Positions 10,131 to 23,835 of a DNA stretch of 64,000 nt are shown piece by piece. The position numbers were made by a program, and so were the translations under genes. This DNA comes from Paracoccus sp. (in: a-proteobacteria) (GTDB lineage: Bacteria; Pseudomonadota; Alphaproteobacteria; Rhodobacterales; Rhodobacteraceae). Each line of letters starts with the position of its first letter. Positions within the stretch are counted from its first letter, which is position 1. The notes below the pieces were generated by a model. The model saw only the letters and a program-made list of their open reading frames with translations, had not been told where the DNA came from and did no database searches. The stretch spans positions 82,683 through 146,682 of the forward strand of contig NZ_JAUNTW010000008.1 of NCBI RefSeq assembly GCF_030538495.1, given 5' to 3'.

Positions 10131-10499
10131 CTAATCCGGTGGACCAATGCGGCCCAGATGCGTGTCACGGAACCCGGTTGGATGTTTCAACCCATAACCA
10201 AGCGCCCGATCCGCGCCAACATGCGCCATCCACGCGGCGCCTGCGGCAATCAACCACGGCTGACCGGTCAGCAACCCAAACAGCGCGGCCACCAACCCGC
10301 CCGCATAGAGATGCGCGACGTTATAAAGGACCGCGCCCACACGCGGCCCCGCCACATATCCCAGCATCGCCACATCCGGCGCCAGCAGGATCAGCGGCCA
10401 GACCCACCACGCCCAGCCGGGACCGGTCAGAACTGCCAGAGCCAGCCCCGCAATGGCGATCAGCCCGCCTTCAACGCGTTGCCAGAGATCGGTGGTCAT
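10131..10499 (-). CDS. Small integral membrane protein (DUF4260-like)
   Basis: 122 aa with 3-4 TM helices. It overlaps the upstream ORF by 4 nt (ATGA). Confidence 0.6.
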   Translation of the reverse strand: MTTDLWQRVEGGLIAIAGLALAVLTGPGWAWWVWPLILLAPDVAMLGYVAGPRVGAVLYNVAHLYAGGLVAALFGLLTGQPWLIAAGAAWMAHVGADRALGYGLKHPTGFRDTHLGRIGPPD

Positions 10500-10825
10500 G
10501 GGGCGGCCGCGACGCGGATCAGCAGATCACGCAGGCCAGCATCGGTTAACGCGGCCAGCTCCTGCGCCTCAGACGGGTCTTCCAGATGGAACAGGTGAAG
10601 CCATTCGCCGGACGCGTCCGCAATGGCGATATATTCGCCGTCCTGATCGCCCGCGCCGCCCATCACCGGGGTCAGCCCCATGCCATCAATCGCGCACCAC
10701 AGCCGGTCCGCCTGTGATTCATACAGCGGGGAAAAGCGTTCCCAGATCGTTTCTGGCGCATCGCCCGACAAACCCCATGCATAGGGTTCGCCATCGGGCT
10801 GGCGCGGAAAATTCGGTTTTGTCAT
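10496..10825 (-). CDS. Hypothetical acidic protein
   Basis: The ATG at 10825 is preceded by AGGATGG. Codon usage is consistent with the neighbours. No domain recognised. Confidence 0.5.
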   Translation of the reverse strand: MTKPNFPRQPDGEPYAWGLSGDAPETIWERFSPLYESQADRLWCAIDGMGLTPVMGGAGDQDGEYIAIADASGEWLHLFHLEDPSEAQELAALTDAGLRDLLIRVAAAP

Positions 10826-10882
10826 GTCACCATCCTGATTCGTCCCAATCATGCGGGCAAAAGATGAAGATTTCGTGGACGG

Positions 10883-13783
10883 TCACGCCTTTTTCCGTGG
10901 TTTTTTCACCGGCGCCGTGGGTTGGATCACGTCACAGCCGCGTCGTTCCCGCGCTGCATCCAGCATCGGCGCAAGGTAACGCCCGGTATGGCTGGCCGCG
11001 ACCTGCGCAACGGCCTCGGGCGTGCCGGTCGCGACAACCTGACCGCCACCGTCGCCGCCTTCCGGACCGATGTCGATGATCCAATCGGCGGTTTTGATCA
11101 CGTCCAGATTGTGTTCAATCACGATCACCGTGTTGCCCTGATCCACCAGTTCGTGCAGCACCTCAAGCAGTTTGCGCACATCTTCGAAATGCAGGCCGGT
11201 GGTGGGTTCGTCCAATATATACAAGGTCTTACCGGTGGAACGGCGCGCCAGTTCCTTGGACAGTTTGACCCGCTGTGCCTCGCCCCCGGACAGGGTGGTC
11301 GCCTGCTGCCCGACCTTGATATAGCCCAGACCCACCCGCATCAGCGCGTCCATTTTTTCACGGATCGACGGCACGGCGGCAAAGAAACTCTGCGCATCCT
11401 CGACCGTCATATCCAGCACGTCGGCGATGGATTTGCCCTTAAACTGCACCTCCAGCGTTTCGCGGTTGTAACGCTTGCCCTTGCAGGTTTCACATTCGAC
11501 GTAAACATCGGGCAGGAAATGCATTTCAATCTTAATAACGCCGTCGCCCTGACAGGCTTCGCACCGGCCGCCCTTGACGTTAAAGCTGAAGCGACCGGGC
11601 TTATACCCGCGCGCCTTGGATTCGGGCAGGCCGGCGAACCAGTCGCGGATCGGTGTAAACGCGCCGGTATAGGTCGCGGGGTTCGATCGCGGCGTCCGGC
11701 CAATGGGGCGCTGGTCAATGTCGATCACTTTGTCCAGCAGTTCCAACCCCTTAATCGTTTCGCAAGGGGCCGGAGTCTGCCGCGCGCCATTCAGGCGCAT
11801 ACTGGCGGTTTTGAACAGCGTTTCGATGGTCAGCGTCGATTTTCCGCCACCGGACACGCCGGTAATGCACACGAATTTGCCCAGAGGATAATCAACGGAA
11901 ATATTTTTTAAATTATTTCCGGTCGCGCCAATGACGGTCACCGCCTTGCCATTCCCGGCGCGGCGTTCGCCCGGCACGGTAATTTCGCGCGCACCTGACA
12001 GATATTGCCCGGTCAGGCTGGCGGGGTCGGCGGTGATCTGATCCGGCGTGCCGTGACTGACCACGGTTCCGCCGTGAACGCCCGCGCCCGGTCCCATATC
12101 GAACACATAATCGGCGTGGCGGATCGCGTCTTCGTCATGTTCGACCACGATCACGGAATTGCCCTGATCGCGCAGATTAACCAAGGTTGTCAGCAGGCGG
12201 TCATTGTCGCGCTGATGCAGGCCGATGCTGGGTTCGTCCAGCACATATAACACGCCGGTCAGGCCGGAACCGATCTGACTGGCCAGACGAATCCGCTGCG
12301 ATTCGCCGCCGGATAACGTTCCCGCCGCGCGGCTCAGCGACAGATAATCCAGCCCCACATTTACCAAGAAACCAAGCCTTTCGCGAATTTCTTTCAAAAT
12401 AGCGGCGGCGATTTCGTTTTTCTGTTTCGTCAGACTGTCAGGCGCGGCTTGAATCCATGCCAAAGCGTCGCGGATGGATAATTCGACGACCTGCCCAATA
12501 TGATTGCCATTGATTTTCACGGCCAAGGCTTCGGGTTTCAGGCGATACCCCCCGCAGGCACCGCAGGGGCGGTTGTTTTGATAGCGTTCAAATTCTTCGC
12601 GCACCCATTGGCTGTCGGATTCGCGCAGGCGGCGTTCCATATTGGGAATAACGCCTTCGAAAACGCGGCTGATTTGATACACGCGGCCTGCGTCGTCGAA
12701 CCAAAATTCGATTTCCTCTTTCCCTGATCCGCGCATGAACAGGTTTTGAATATCCGCGGGCAAATCACGCCACGGAGTTTTCTTATCAAAGCCGTAATGT
12801 TTCGCCAATGCGTTGATGGTTTGCGTCAGATAGGCCGATTTTGATTTCGCCCACGGCGCAATTGCGCCCTTTTCCACCGACAGCGCGGTGTCCGGCACAA
12901 CCAGCCGTTCGTCAAAAAACAATTCCATCCCCAAACCGTCGCAAACGGGGCAGGCGCCAAAGGGGGCGTTGAATGAAAAAGACCGGGGTTCAATTTCCGG
13001 GATCGTAAAGCCCGAAACCGGGCAGGCAAAGTTTTCGCTGAAGGTAATGCGCTCGGGGTCATCCGTCGCGGTTTCCAGAATGGCGATGCCGTCCGCCAAA
13101 TCCAATGCGGTGCGTAAACTGTCGGCAAGGCGGGTTTCCAAACCTTCGCGCACGACAATACGATCCACAACCACGTCGATATTATGGCGGAACTTTTTAT
13201 CCAGAACCGGCGGTTCGTCCAATTCGTAAAACGCGCCGTTGACCTTAACCCGCTGAAAACCCTGTTTCCGCAATTCCAGAAATTCTTTTTTATATTCGCC
13301 CTTGCGGTCGCGAACGATGGGGGCCAGCAAATAGGCGCGGGTGCCATCCTCCATCCCCATAATGCGGTCCACCATATCCTGAACCTGCTGCGCCTCAATC
13401 GGCAGGCCGGTTGCCGGGGAATAGGGGGTGCCGGCGCGCGCAAATAACAGGCGCAGATAATCGTAAATCTCGGTCACGGTTCCCACGGTCGAACGGGGGT
13501 TTTTCGACGTGGTTTTTTGTTCAATAGAAATAGCCGGAGAAAGCCCGCTGATATGATCGACATCGGGTTTGCCCATCATATCCAGAAACTGCCGCGCATA
13601 GGCCGACAGAGATTCGACATAACGGCGCTGCCCCTCGGCGTAAATCGTATCAAAGGCCAGCGATGATTTTCCCGACCCCGACAACCCGGTAATTACCACC
13701 AGTTTGTCGCGCGGAATGTCCATATCCACGCCTTTCAGATTATGTTCGCGCGCGCCGCGCACCTCGATGAACTTCTGTTCCAT
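10883..13783 (-). CDS. uvrA: Excinuclease ABC subunit A
   Basis: Two ABC ATPase modules ([22 protein letters not shown]), the zinc-finger pairs CPVCDGLG and CEACQGDG, and both LSGGE signature motifs. The start is taken at [11 protein letters not shown]. Confidence 0.95.
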   Translation of the reverse strand: MEQKFIEVRGAREHNLKGVDMDIPRDKLVVITGLSGSGKSSLAFDTIYAEGQRRYVESLSAYARQFLDMMGKPDVDHISGLSPAISIEQKTTSKNPRSTVGTVTEIYDYLRLLFARAGTPYSPATGLPIEAQQVQDMVDRIMGMEDGTRAYLLAPIVRDRKGEYKKEFLELRKQGFQRVKVNGAFYELDEPPVLDKKFRHNIDVVVDRIVVREGLETRLADSLRTALDLADGIAILETATDDPERITFSENFACPVSGFTIPEIEPRSFSFNAPFGACPVCDGLGMELFFDERLVVPDTALSVEKGAIAPWAKSKSAYLTQTINALAKHYGFDKKTPWRDLPADIQNLFMRGSGKEEIEFWFDDAGRVYQISRVFEGVIPNMERRLRESDSQWVREEFERYQNNRPCGACGGYRLKPEALAVKINGNHIGQVVELSIRDALAWIQAAPDSLTKQKNEIAAAILKEIRERLGFLVNVGLDYLSLSRAAGTLSGGESQRIRLASQIGSGLTGVLYVLDEPSIGLHQRDNDRLLTTLVNLRDQGNSVIVVEHDEDAIRHADYVFDMGPGAGVHGGTVVSHGTPDQITADPASLTGQYLSGAREITVPGERRAGNGKAVTVIGATGNNLKNISVDYPLGKFVCITGVSGGGKSTLTIETLFKTASMRLNGARQTPAPCETIKGLELLDKVIDIDQRPIGRTPRSNPATYTGAFTPIRDWFAGLPESKARGYKPGRFSFNVKGGRCEACQGDGVIKIEMHFLPDVYVECETCKGKRYNRETLEVQFKGKSIADVLDMTVEDAQSFFAAVPSIREKMDALMRVGLGYIKVGQQATTLSGGEAQRVKLSKELARRSTGKTLYILDEPTTGLHFEDVRKLLEVLHELVDQGNTVIVIEHNLDVIKTADWIIDIGPEGGDGGGQVVATGTPEAVAQVAASHTGRYLAPMLDAARERRGCDVIQPTAPVKKPRKKA

Positions 13784-13849
13784 GGCGTGTCCCCTGCGAT
13801 CCAAACGCATCAGATAGTGACGCCACGCAAAAACGCAACCGAAATCGCG

Positions 13850-13864
13850 GAACGAATGTTGAAC
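13850..13864. promoter_or_regulatory. Putative alphaproteobacterial LexA (SOS) box, GAAC-N7-GAAC
   Basis: GAACgaatgttGAAC lies in the 150-bp divergent region between uvrA and pyc. uvrA is a canonical SOS gene. GTTC-N7-GTTC is the established SOS box of Rhodobacter and Sinorhizobium. Confidence 0.6.
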
Positions 13865-13933
13865 ATTTTAGCTATCTTGGGGGTTGCGCGGGGGGGATTG
13901 ATCGCTACCATCACGCCAAACAGGGGGATGCGC

Positions 13934-16900
13934 ATGTTTAACAAAATCCTAATCGCCAATCGCGGGGAAATTGCGATCAGGGTCATGCGCGCCGCGAATG
14001 AATTGGGCAAACGCACGGTCGCTGTCTATGCCGAGGAAGACAAGCTGGGCCTGCACCGGTTCAAGGCGGATGAGGCGTATCGCATCGGCGCGGGGCTGGG
14101 GCCGGTCGCGGCCTATCTGTCGATCCCGGACATTATCCGCGTGGCGCAGGAATGTGGCGCGGATGCCATCCATCCCGGCTATGGCCTGCTGTCGGAAAAC
14201 CCTGATTTTGTCGATGCTTGCGTGGCGGCGGGCATCGCTTTTATCGGGCCGCGTGCGGATACGATGCGCGCCTTGGGCGATAAGGCGTCGGCGCGCCGTG
14301 TGGCTATGGCCGCCGGTGTGCCGGTGATCCCGGCGACGGATGTGTTGGGCGATGATTTCGATGCGATCCGGGCGCAGGCGGCAGAGATCGGTTACCCCTT
14401 GATGTTAAAGGCGTCCTGGGGCGGCGGCGGGCGCGGGATGCGTCCGATCAACGGCCCCGACGAACTGGTCGAAAAGGTCCGCGAAGGCCGGCGCGAGGCC
14501 GAGGCCGCCTTTGGCAATGGCGAAGGCTATCTGGAAAAGATGATCCTGCGCGCCCGCCATGTCGAGGTGCAACTGCTGGGCGATACGCATGGTGGGCTGT
14601 ATCATCTCTATGAACGCGATTGCACCGTGCAGCGCCGTAATCAAAAGGTGGTCGAACGCGCACCGGCCCCCTATCTGACCGACGCGCAGCGGGCCGAAGT
14701 GTGCGAACTGGCGCTGAAGATCGGGCGCGCGGTCGGCTATCAAAACGCAGGAACCGTTGAGTTTCTGATGGATATGGACAGCGGCGCGTTCTATTTCATC
14801 GAGGTGAACCCCCGCGTTCAGGTCGAACACACGGTGACTGAGGAAGTGACCGGCATCGACATTGTGCAGGCTCAGATCAAACTGGCCGAAGGGGCGACGC
14901 TGGCCGAGGCGACGGGCCATGCCACACAGGACGCGATCACGCTGTCCGGTCACGCCCTGCAATGCCGCGTCACGACCGAGGATCCGCAGAACAACTTTAT
15001 CCCCGATTACGGGCGGATCACGGCCTATCGCTCGGCCACCGGCATGGGGATCCGGCTGGACGGCGGCACGGCCTATTCCGGCGGTGTGATCACACGCTAT
15101 TATGACAGCCTGCTGGTTAAGGTCACGGCATGGGCGCAGACGCCCGAACAGGCGATCAAGCGCATGGACCGGGCGCTGCGCGAATTCCGGGTGCGGGGCG
15201 TCAGCACGAATATTGATTTTGTGATCAATCTGTTAAAGCATCCGGTTTTTCTGGCCGATGATTACAGCACCAAATTCATCGACACCACGCCGGACCTGTT
15301 TACCTTTACCCGCCGTCAGGACCGGGCGACGAAGATTCTGACCTATCTGGCGGATATTTCCGTGAACGGGCATCCCGAAACGGCGGGGCGTCCGCTGCCA
15401 CATGCGCAGGCCCGCCCGCCGGTGCCGCCTGCGCCGGTCGCCGCGCCCACGCCCGGCACGCGGCAGATGCTGGACGAACAGGGCGCGCAGGCCGTTGCCG
15501 ATTGGATGGCGGCGCAAAGGCGGCTGCTGATTACCGACACCACGATGCGCGACGGGCATCAATCGCTGCTGGCCACGCGGATGCGGTCGATTGATATGAT
15601 CCGGGTCGCGCCCAGCTATGCCGCCAATCTGCCGGGGCTGTTTTCGGTCGAGTGCTGGGGCGGGGCGACGTTTGACGTGGCCTATCGCTTCTTGCAGGAA
15701 TGCCCGTGGCAGCGGCTGCGGGACATTCGCGCGGCTATGCCGAATGTGATGACTCAGATGTTGCTGCGCGCCAGCAACGGCGTGGGTTACACGAATTATC
15801 CCGATAATGTCGTGCAGTCCTTTGTCACGCAGGCGGCGAAAACCGGGGTCGATGTGTTCCGCGTGTTTGACAGCCTCAATTGGGTTGAAAACATGCGCGT
15901 CGCCATGGATGCGGTGATCGAATCGGGCAAAATCTGCGAAGGCACGGTGTGTTATACCGGCGACATGCTGAACCCCGACCGCGCGAAATATGACCTGCAT
16001 TATTATGTCAAAACCGCGCAGGATTTGCGCGATGCGGGCGCGCATATTCTGGGGCTTAAGGATATGGCGGGGTTGCTGAAACCCAATGCCGCCACGATGT
16101 TGATTAAGACCCTGCGTGAAGAGGTGGGCTTGCCGATCCATTTCCACACGCATGACACTTCGGGGATGGGCGGGGCCACGATTTTGGCCGCGGCAGAGGC
16201 GGGGGTGGATGCCGTCGATTGCGCCATGGATGCGTTGTCGGGCAACACCAGCCAGCCGACCTTGGGCAGCATTGTTGAGGCGCTGACCGCAACCGATCGC
16301 GACACCGGGCTGGACATCGGCCATGTCCGCGCGATCAGCAATTACTGGGAACGGGTGCGTGAAAACTATGCCGCGTTTGAATCCGGCCTGCAAAGCCCCG
16401 CGTCCGAGGTGTATCTGCACGAAATGCCCGGCGGGCAGTTCACGAATCTGAAATCGCAGGCGCGTTCCATGGGGCTGGAGGATCGCTGGCATGAGGTCGC
16501 GCAGGCTTATGCCGATGTGAACCAGATGTTCGGCGATATTGTGAAGGTCACCCCCAGTTCCAAGGTGGTGGGCGACATGGCCTTGATGATGGTGGCGCAG
16601 GGGTTAGCGCCTGCGCAGGTGGTCGATCCGGGCGTCGATGTCAGCTTTCCCGATTCGGTCGTGGATATGATGCGCGGCAATCTGGGGCAGCCCCCCGGCG
16701 GCTGGCCTCCTGCCCTGCAAGCCAAGGTTTTGAAAGGCGAAACCCCGATCACGACGCGTCCCGGCGCGCATCTGCCGCCTGTGGATATGGAACAGACGCG
16801 CGCGAAGCTGTCCGCCGATCTGGGCGGCGCGGCGGTCGATGACGAAGACCTGAACGGATATCTGATGTATCCCAAGGTCTTCACCGATTACATGGCGCGG

Positions 16901-17368
16901 CACGACCTCTATGGCCCGGTGCGGACGCTGCCGACGCGCAATTATTTTTACGGGATGGAGCCGGGGCAGGAAATCAGCGTCGAAATTGACCCCGGCAAGA
17001 CGTTGGAAATCCGGTTGCTGACCTTTGGCGAAACGGATGAAAACGGCGAAATGAAGGTGTTTTTCGAACTGAACGGCCAGCCGCGTCAGGTCCGGGTCCC
17101 CAACCGCAAGGCCACCGGAACCGCTGCCGCACGACCCAAGGCGGATGCGCAAAACCCCGGCCATATTGGCGCGCCGATGCCGGGGGTTGTGGCCTCGGTC
17201 GCGGTGAAAGCGGGGCAGCCGGTCAGCCAAGGCGACCTGATCCTGACGATTGAGGCGATGAAGATGGAAACCGCCCTTCACGCCGACCGTGACGGTGTGA
17301 TTGCGGCGGTTCACGTCGCGCCGGGCCAGCAAATAGACGCCAAGGATTTGTTGTTTGAAATCGAATAA
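13934..17368 (+). CDS. pyc: Pyruvate carboxylase (biotin carboxylase, carboxyltransferase and BCCP domains)
   Basis: MFNKILIANRGEIAIR N-terminus, biotin carboxylase motifs, a carboxyltransferase domain (FHTHDTSG, the HTHDT metal site) and a C-terminal biotinyl-lysine motif EAMKME. The upstream in-frame extension was rejected because it covers the LexA box and uvrA start. Confidence 0.95.
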   Translation: MFNKILIANRGEIAIRVMRAANELGKRTVAVYAEEDKLGLHRFKADEAYRIGAGLGPVAAYLSIPDIIRVAQECGADAIHPGYGLLSENPDFVDACVAAGIAFIGPRADTMRALGDKASARRVAMAAGVPVIPATDVLGDDFDAIRAQAAEIGYPLMLKASWGGGGRGMRPINGPDELVEKVREGRREAEAAFGNGEGYLEKMILRARHVEVQLLGDTHGGLYHLYERDCTVQRRNQKVVERAPAPYLTDAQRAEVCELALKIGRAVGYQNAGTVEFLMDMDSGAFYFIEVNPRVQVEHTVTEEVTGIDIVQAQIKLAEGATLAEATGHATQDAITLSGHALQCRVTTEDPQNNFIPDYGRITAYRSATGMGIRLDGGTAYSGGVITRYYDSLLVKVTAWAQTPEQAIKRMDRALREFRVRGVSTNIDFVINLLKHPVFLADDYSTKFIDTTPDLFTFTRRQDRATKILTYLADISVNGHPETAGRPLPHAQARPPVPPAPVAAPTPGTRQMLDEQGAQAVADWMAAQRRLLITDTTMRDGHQSLLATRMRSIDMIRVAPSYAANLPGLFSVECWGGATFDVAYRFLQECPWQRLRDIRAAMPNVMTQMLLRASNGVGYTNYPDNVVQSFVTQAAKTGVDVFRVFDSLNWVENMRVAMDAVIESGKICEGTVCYTGDMLNPDRAKYDLHYYVKTAQDLRDAGAHILGLKDMAGLLKPNAATMLIKTLREEVGLPIHFHTHDTSGMGGATILAAAEAGVDAVDCAMDALSGNTSQPTLGSIVEALTATDRDTGLDIGHVRAISNYWERVRENYAAFESGLQSPASEVYLHEMPGGQFTNLKSQARSMGLEDRWHEVAQAYADVNQMFGDIVKVTPSSKVVGDMALMMVAQGLAPAQVVDPGVDVSFPDSVVDMMRGNLGQPPGGWPPALQAKVLKGETPITTRPGAHLPPVDMEQTRAKLSADLGGAAVDDEDLNGYLMYPKVFTDYMARHDLYGPVRTLPTRNYFYGMEPGQEISVEIDPGKTLEIRLLTFGETDENGEMKVFFELNGQPRQVRVPNRKATGTAAARPKADAQNPGHIGAPMPGVVASVAVKAGQPVSQGDLILTIEAMKMETALHADRDGVIAAVHVAPGQQIDAKDLLFEIE

Positions 17369-17570
17369 CCGCGCCATGCGGGCGGGGGAATCGCGCGCCG
17401 TGCCAATTCCGCAACCTTTCAATGCAGGGATGTGTTGCATTTGCGGCAATTTGGATATGTTCAGTCGGGCAGGGACCGTTGACCCGGACGCGCGCCGCGT
17501 CTAAACCCGATGCCAGCCAACCCGTCGCACGGTCAGCCGACCCCTGCGACCAAAAGGGGGATCAACGCCC

Positions 17571-18460
<890 letters not shown>

Positions 18461-18462
18461 CG

Positions 18463-19083
18463 ATGTCTGTGTATCCCGATCATGACGCGCTGCGCCAACT
18501 GGCTGACCATATTCAGGCCCGCCGCCCGGACAATGTGGTTGATACCACGCTGGCTTATGGCGAACTGACCGTCACGGCGACGGCCAGTGGTATTCTGGAC
18601 CTGATCGAATTTCTGCGCAGCGACAGCAATTGCCGGTTTTCGACGCTGGTTGATATTACGGCGGTGGATCATCCGGGCCGTGCGCAACGCTTTGATGTGG
18701 TTTGGCATTTCCTGTCGATGTATCAAAATCAGCGCATCCGCGTGAAGGTCGCCATTCGTGAGGATGAGATGCTGCCGTCGCTGACCGGCACCCATCCGGC
18801 GGCGAATTGGTTCGAACGCGAAGTGTTTGATATGTTTGGGATCCTGTTCACGGGCCACCCGGATATGCGCCGCATCCTGACCGATTATGGCTTCGCTGGC
18901 CACCCGCTGCGCAAAGATTTCCCGACGACCGGTTATGTCGAGGTGCGCTACAGCGAAACCGAACGCCGCGTTGTGTATGAGCCGGTGAATCTGGTTCAGG
19001 AATACCGCCAATTCGACTTTCTATCCCCGTGGGAGGGCGCGAAATACGTCCTGCCCGGTGATGAAAAAGGCGAAGCGAAGTGA
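18463..19083 (+). CDS. nuoC: NADH-quinone oxidoreductase subunit C
   Basis: 30-kDa subunit motifs ([23 protein letters not shown]). Confidence 0.92.
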   Translation: MSVYPDHDALRQLADHIQARRPDNVVDTTLAYGELTVTATASGILDLIEFLRSDSNCRFSTLVDITAVDHPGRAQRFDVVWHFLSMYQNQRIRVKVAIREDEMLPSLTGTHPAANWFEREVFDMFGILFTGHPDMRRILTDYGFAGHPLRKDFPTTGYVEVRYSETERRVVYEPVNLVQEYRQFDFLSPWEGAKYVLPGDEKGEAK

Positions 19084-19136
19084 TCCGGCGCGTGGTGAAT
19101 TTGAACGACAACCGCATGGTTGCGGAGGGCTGAGAC

Positions 19137-20375
19137 ATGGACGGCGATATTCGCAATAACCACTATGACGATGGCAGCGCAGACACGCTGACCGGCGAAC
19201 AGCGGATCCGCAATTTTAACATCAACTTTGGCCCGCAACATCCTGCGGCGCATGGTGTTTTGCGTATGGTGCTGGAACTGGACGGCGAGGTTGTCGAACG
19301 TGCCGACCCGCATATCGGCCTGCTGCATCGCGGCACCGAAAAGCTGATGGAATCGCGCACTTATCTGCAAAACCTGCCGTATTTTGACCGGCTGGATTAT
19401 GTTGCGCCGATGAATCAGGAACATGCCTGGTGTCTGGCGATTGAACGCCTGACCGGCACCACCGTTCCGCGCCGTGCCAGCCTGATCCGGGTGCTGTATT
19501 CGGAAATGGGCCGTATTCTGAACCACTTGCTGGGGCTGACGACCGGTGCGCTGGACGTGGGCGCGCTGACCCCGCCGCTGTGGGGGTTCGAGGCGCGCGA
19601 ACAGCTGATGATTTTCTATGAACGGGCCTGTGGGGCGCGGCTGCACGCGAACTATTTCCGGCCGGGCGGCGTGCATCAGGATCTGCCGCCTGACCTGCTG
19701 GACGATATCGAAGCGTGGTGCGACCATTTCCCGACCGTCATCGACGATCTGGGGACGCTGCTGACCGAAAACCGTATTTTTAAACAACGGCTTGTCGGGA
19801 TCGGCGTTGTGACCGAACAGGATGCCTTGGATTGGGGCTATTCCGGCGTCATGGTGCGCGGTTCGGGGCTGGCATGGGATTTGCGCCGCAGCCAACCCTA
19901 TGAATGTTATGACGAATTCGACTTTAAGATTCCGGTCGGGACGAATGGCGATTGTTACGACCGCTATTTGTGCCGCGTTCAGGAAATGCGCGAATCGACC
20001 AGCATCATGCGGCAGGCGATTGCGAAACTGCGCGCCGAACCGGGCGGTGACGTGCTGGCGCGGGGCAAACTGACCCCGCCGAAACGCGCCGATATGAAGC
20101 GCGATATGGAATCGCTGATCCACCACTTCAAACTCTATACCGAAGGATTCAAGGTTCCGGCGGGCGAAGTCTACGCCGCTGTTGAGGCACCCAAGGGCGA
20201 ATTTGGTGTGTATCTGGTCAGCGACGGGACCAACCGGCCCTATCGTTCGAAAATCCGCGCGCCCGGTTTCCTGCATTTGCAGTCGATGGACTGGATCGCC
20301 AAGGGGCATCTGCTGGCCGATGTGCCGGCGCTGATCGCCACGCTGGACATTGTTTTCGGTGAGGTTGACCGTTGA
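19137..20375 (+). CDS. nuoD: NADH-quinone oxidoreductase subunit D
   Basis: [21 protein letters not shown] and the C-terminal RAPGF motif. Confidence 0.95.
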   Translation: MDGDIRNNHYDDGSADTLTGEQRIRNFNINFGPQHPAAHGVLRMVLELDGEVVERADPHIGLLHRGTEKLMESRTYLQNLPYFDRLDYVAPMNQEHAWCLAIERLTGTTVPRRASLIRVLYSEMGRILNHLLGLTTGALDVGALTPPLWGFEAREQLMIFYERACGARLHANYFRPGGVHQDLPPDLLDDIEAWCDHFPTVIDDLGTLLTENRIFKQRLVGIGVVTEQDALDWGYSGVMVRGSGLAWDLRRSQPYECYDEFDFKIPVGTNGDCYDRYLCRVQEMRESTSIMRQAIAKLRAEPGGDVLARGKLTPPKRADMKRDMESLIHHFKLYTEGFKVPAGEVYAAVEAPKGEFGVYLVSDGTNRPYRSKIRAPGFLHLQSMDWIAKGHLLADVPALIATLDIVFGEVDR

Positions 20376-20432
20376 CCTGTGCCGCCCATAATCAGACCGC
20401 CGCGCGGTCGCTGACACTGAACTGAGGTTGCT

Positions 20433-21308
20433 ATGCTGCGCCGATTGCACCCCGAACAGCCTGATAGTTTTGCGTTTTTGCCCGCCAATCTGGAATGGGC
20501 GCAGGCCCAGATCACAAAATACCCCGAGGGTCGCCAGCGGTCCGCGATCATTCCGCTGTTGTGGCGGGCGCAGGAACAGGAAGGCTGGCTAAGCCGTCCG
20601 GCCATCGAATATTGCGCTAATCTGCTGGATATGCCCTATATCCGCGCGCTTGAGGTGGCGACGTTTTACTTTATGTTCCAGCTGCAACCGGTTGGAACGG
20701 TTGCGAATATCCAGATTTGCGGCACGACCACCTGCATGATCTGCGGCGCCGAGGCGCTGATCGAGGTGTGCAAACGCAAAATCGCGCCCACCCCGCACAC
20801 GCTGTCGGCCGATGGCAAGTTCAGCTGGGAAGAGGTCGAATGTCTGGGCGCCTGTTCGAACGCGCCCATGGCTCAGATCGGCAAGGATTATTACGAAGAC
20901 CTGACGCCGGAAAAGCTGGAACAACTGATCGACGCCATGTCGGCGGGGCAGGTGCCGTTGCCCGGGCCGCAGAATGGGCGTTTTTCGTCGGAACCGCTGG
21001 GCGGCCCGACCAGCCTTCACGATTTGCAAGGGACCGGCGGCGACCTGAATGCCAGTGCGACTTTGGCGCGCGATTTGGGTGAAACGCTGAAACGGATCGA
21101 CGGGACCGAGGTTCCGATCCTGACCAAATGGCGTCGCGAACAGCCGGAACCGGCCACGGGCGAACCCGCGCCGGAACCTAAGCCCAGTGCCGACGCCCCG
21201 GCGGATGTCACCGGCATCACCAAACAAGAGGCTCAGGCCGCATCCGCCGCCCGCCCTGTATCGGCCAGCGAACCAGCAGGCAGTCGCGCCGCCGAAAAAG
21301 AGGACTGA
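20433..21308 (+). CDS. nuoE: NADH-quinone oxidoreductase subunit E, with an Ala/Pro-rich C-terminal extension
   Basis: Thioredoxin-like fold with the C..C...C.C 2Fe-2S ligands ([11 protein letters not shown]...CLGACSNAP). The long C-terminal tail is as in Rhodobacter NuoE. Confidence 0.9.
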   Translation: MLRRLHPEQPDSFAFLPANLEWAQAQITKYPEGRQRSAIIPLLWRAQEQEGWLSRPAIEYCANLLDMPYIRALEVATFYFMFQLQPVGTVANIQICGTTTCMICGAEALIEVCKRKIAPTPHTLSADGKFSWEEVECLGACSNAPMAQIGKDYYEDLTPEKLEQLIDAMSAGQVPLPGPQNGRFSSEPLGGPTSLHDLQGTGGDLNASATLARDLGETLKRIDGTEVPILTKWRREQPEPATGEPAPEPKPSADAPADVTGITKQEAQAASAARPVSASEPAGSRAAEKED

Positions 21309-21337
21309 TTTAACCCGCCCTTAACCCGGAATAGGCT

Positions 21338-21790
21338 ATGACGGACCGCATCAACACTGCTTACCTGAACGCCGGGGTCGTGCTGGGCGCTGTTGTTGGT
21401 GCGTCTTTGATCGGGTCAATCGGGGTGATTGCGGCGGTGATGTTGGGTGTAATGGCCGGGGGGATGCTGGTTGCGCTGCTGATCTGGATGTCGGGCGGAA
21501 CGGCAATGGTCGCGGATAACTGGGCGCCTCCGCCCGCACCGAAACCCGCGCCGCCGGTGATGGCGCAGACGACACCCGATGATCTGACGCAGATCAAGGG
21601 GATTGGGCCGAAACTGGGTCAGGCTCTGCATGGTATCGGGATCACCCGATTCGCGCAGATCGCCGCGTGGGATGATGCGCGGATCGACGCAGTGGCCACC
21701 GAAATCGGGCGCGGTGCCGCCCGGATTCGGGGGGATGATTGGGTCGGGCAGGCGCGCAGTCTGGCCGATCAACCGGTGGGGACGGCATGA
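21338..21790 (+). CDS. nuo-operon URF: a TM segment plus a helix-hairpin-helix motif protein
   Basis: LTQIKGIGPKLGQAL is a classic HhH GIG motif. Non-nuo ORFs are embedded between nuoE and nuoF in Rhodobacter and Paracoccus operons. Confidence 0.65.
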   Translation: MTDRINTAYLNAGVVLGAVVGASLIGSIGVIAAVMLGVMAGGMLVALLIWMSGGTAMVADNWAPPPAPKPAPPVMAQTTPDDLTQIKGIGPKLGQALHGIGITRFAQIAAWDDARIDAVATEIGRGAARIRGDDWVGQARSLADQPVGTA

Positions 21791-21999
21791 CGGCCCCGGC
21801 GGATAAGGACGCCAAGCAGATGCGTCTGGTGGGGGTGGTGATCGCCGCCGCCATGATCATCTGGATCGCCATTCAGGCGCTTGGCCGGGAATATGGATGG
21901 GCGGCAAAATGGGCCTATTTGGCCGATCTTGCCGCTATCGGCGCTTTTGTCTGGTCGCTGATCGTGACCTGGCGTATCTGGCGGCGCAGGAATGTGTGA
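21787..21999 (+). CDS. Small two-TM membrane protein (nuo URF, DUF5337-like from memory)
   Basis: The ATG overlaps the upstream stop (ATGA). 70 aa, two hydrophobic helices. Confidence 0.55.
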   Translation: MTAPADKDAKQMRLVGVVIAAAMIIWIAIQALGREYGWAAKWAYLADLAAIGAFVWSLIVTWRIWRRRNV

Positions 22000-23322
<1,323 letters not shown>

Positions 23323-23342
23323 ACGCAAAACCGGCATATGTT

Positions 23343-23365
23343 CACGCCCCGTTAACGGGGACGTG
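23343..23365. other. Perfect 14-bp palindrome CCCCGTTAACGGGG (extendable to CACGcCCCGTTAACGGGGaCGTG) within the nuoF/URF spacer
   Basis: Seen directly. No U-tract follows, so it is not a classical terminator. It could be an mRNA-stabilising hairpin or a dimeric protein site. Confidence 0.5.
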
Positions 23366-23426
23366 TCGGGCGGCAGAGGCCAAAGGCAGTTATGTGGACA
23401 CGCATAACCCGCTGAAAGGATCTGTC

Positions 23427-23825
23427 ATGACCCGTCTTGCCGTTGCGTTTGCCCTGTCGCTGTTGGCGGCCCCGGTGGCCGCGCAGGTGCCGCTGAATCA
23501 GGAAAAATACATTAACGACCGTCTGGTTGCTGCCCGCGTGGCCGATGTGCTGCGCCGTGGCTGCCCGACAATTGATGCACGCATGGTTCGCGCCTTTAAT
23601 GAGGCGCGGGCGCTGAAACGATATGCGTTGAATCAGGGCTATTCCGAGGCGGAAATCGACGCCTTTCTGGACAGCCGCAGCGAACGCGACCGCATTTATC
23701 GCGAAGCGGACCGTTACATGATTGCTGGCGGCGTGGTATCGGGCCAGCCAGAGACATTTTGCCGCCTCGGGCGGGACGAAATCGCCAAACAAACGATCGC
23801 CGGATCGTTGTTGCGCGCAAGATAA
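23427..23825 (+). CDS. Secreted nuo-operon URF (DUF5333-like from memory)
   Basis: Signal peptide [20 protein letters not shown]. The ATG is preceded by AAAGGA. Confidence 0.65.
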   Translation: MTRLAVAFALSLLAAPVAAQVPLNQEKYINDRLVAARVADVLRRGCPTIDARMVRAFNEARALKRYALNQGYSEAEIDAFLDSRSERDRIYREADRYMIAGGVVSGQPETFCRLGRDEIAKQTIAGSLLRAR

Positions 23826-23835
23826 GGATGGAATG

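Noticed and set aside
13742-13933. Upstream extension of the pyruvate carboxylase ORF
   Set aside because: It would run through the LexA box and the uvrA start region. The conserved pyruvate carboxylase N-terminus MFNKILIANRGEIAIR starts at 13934 with a GGGGGA SD.
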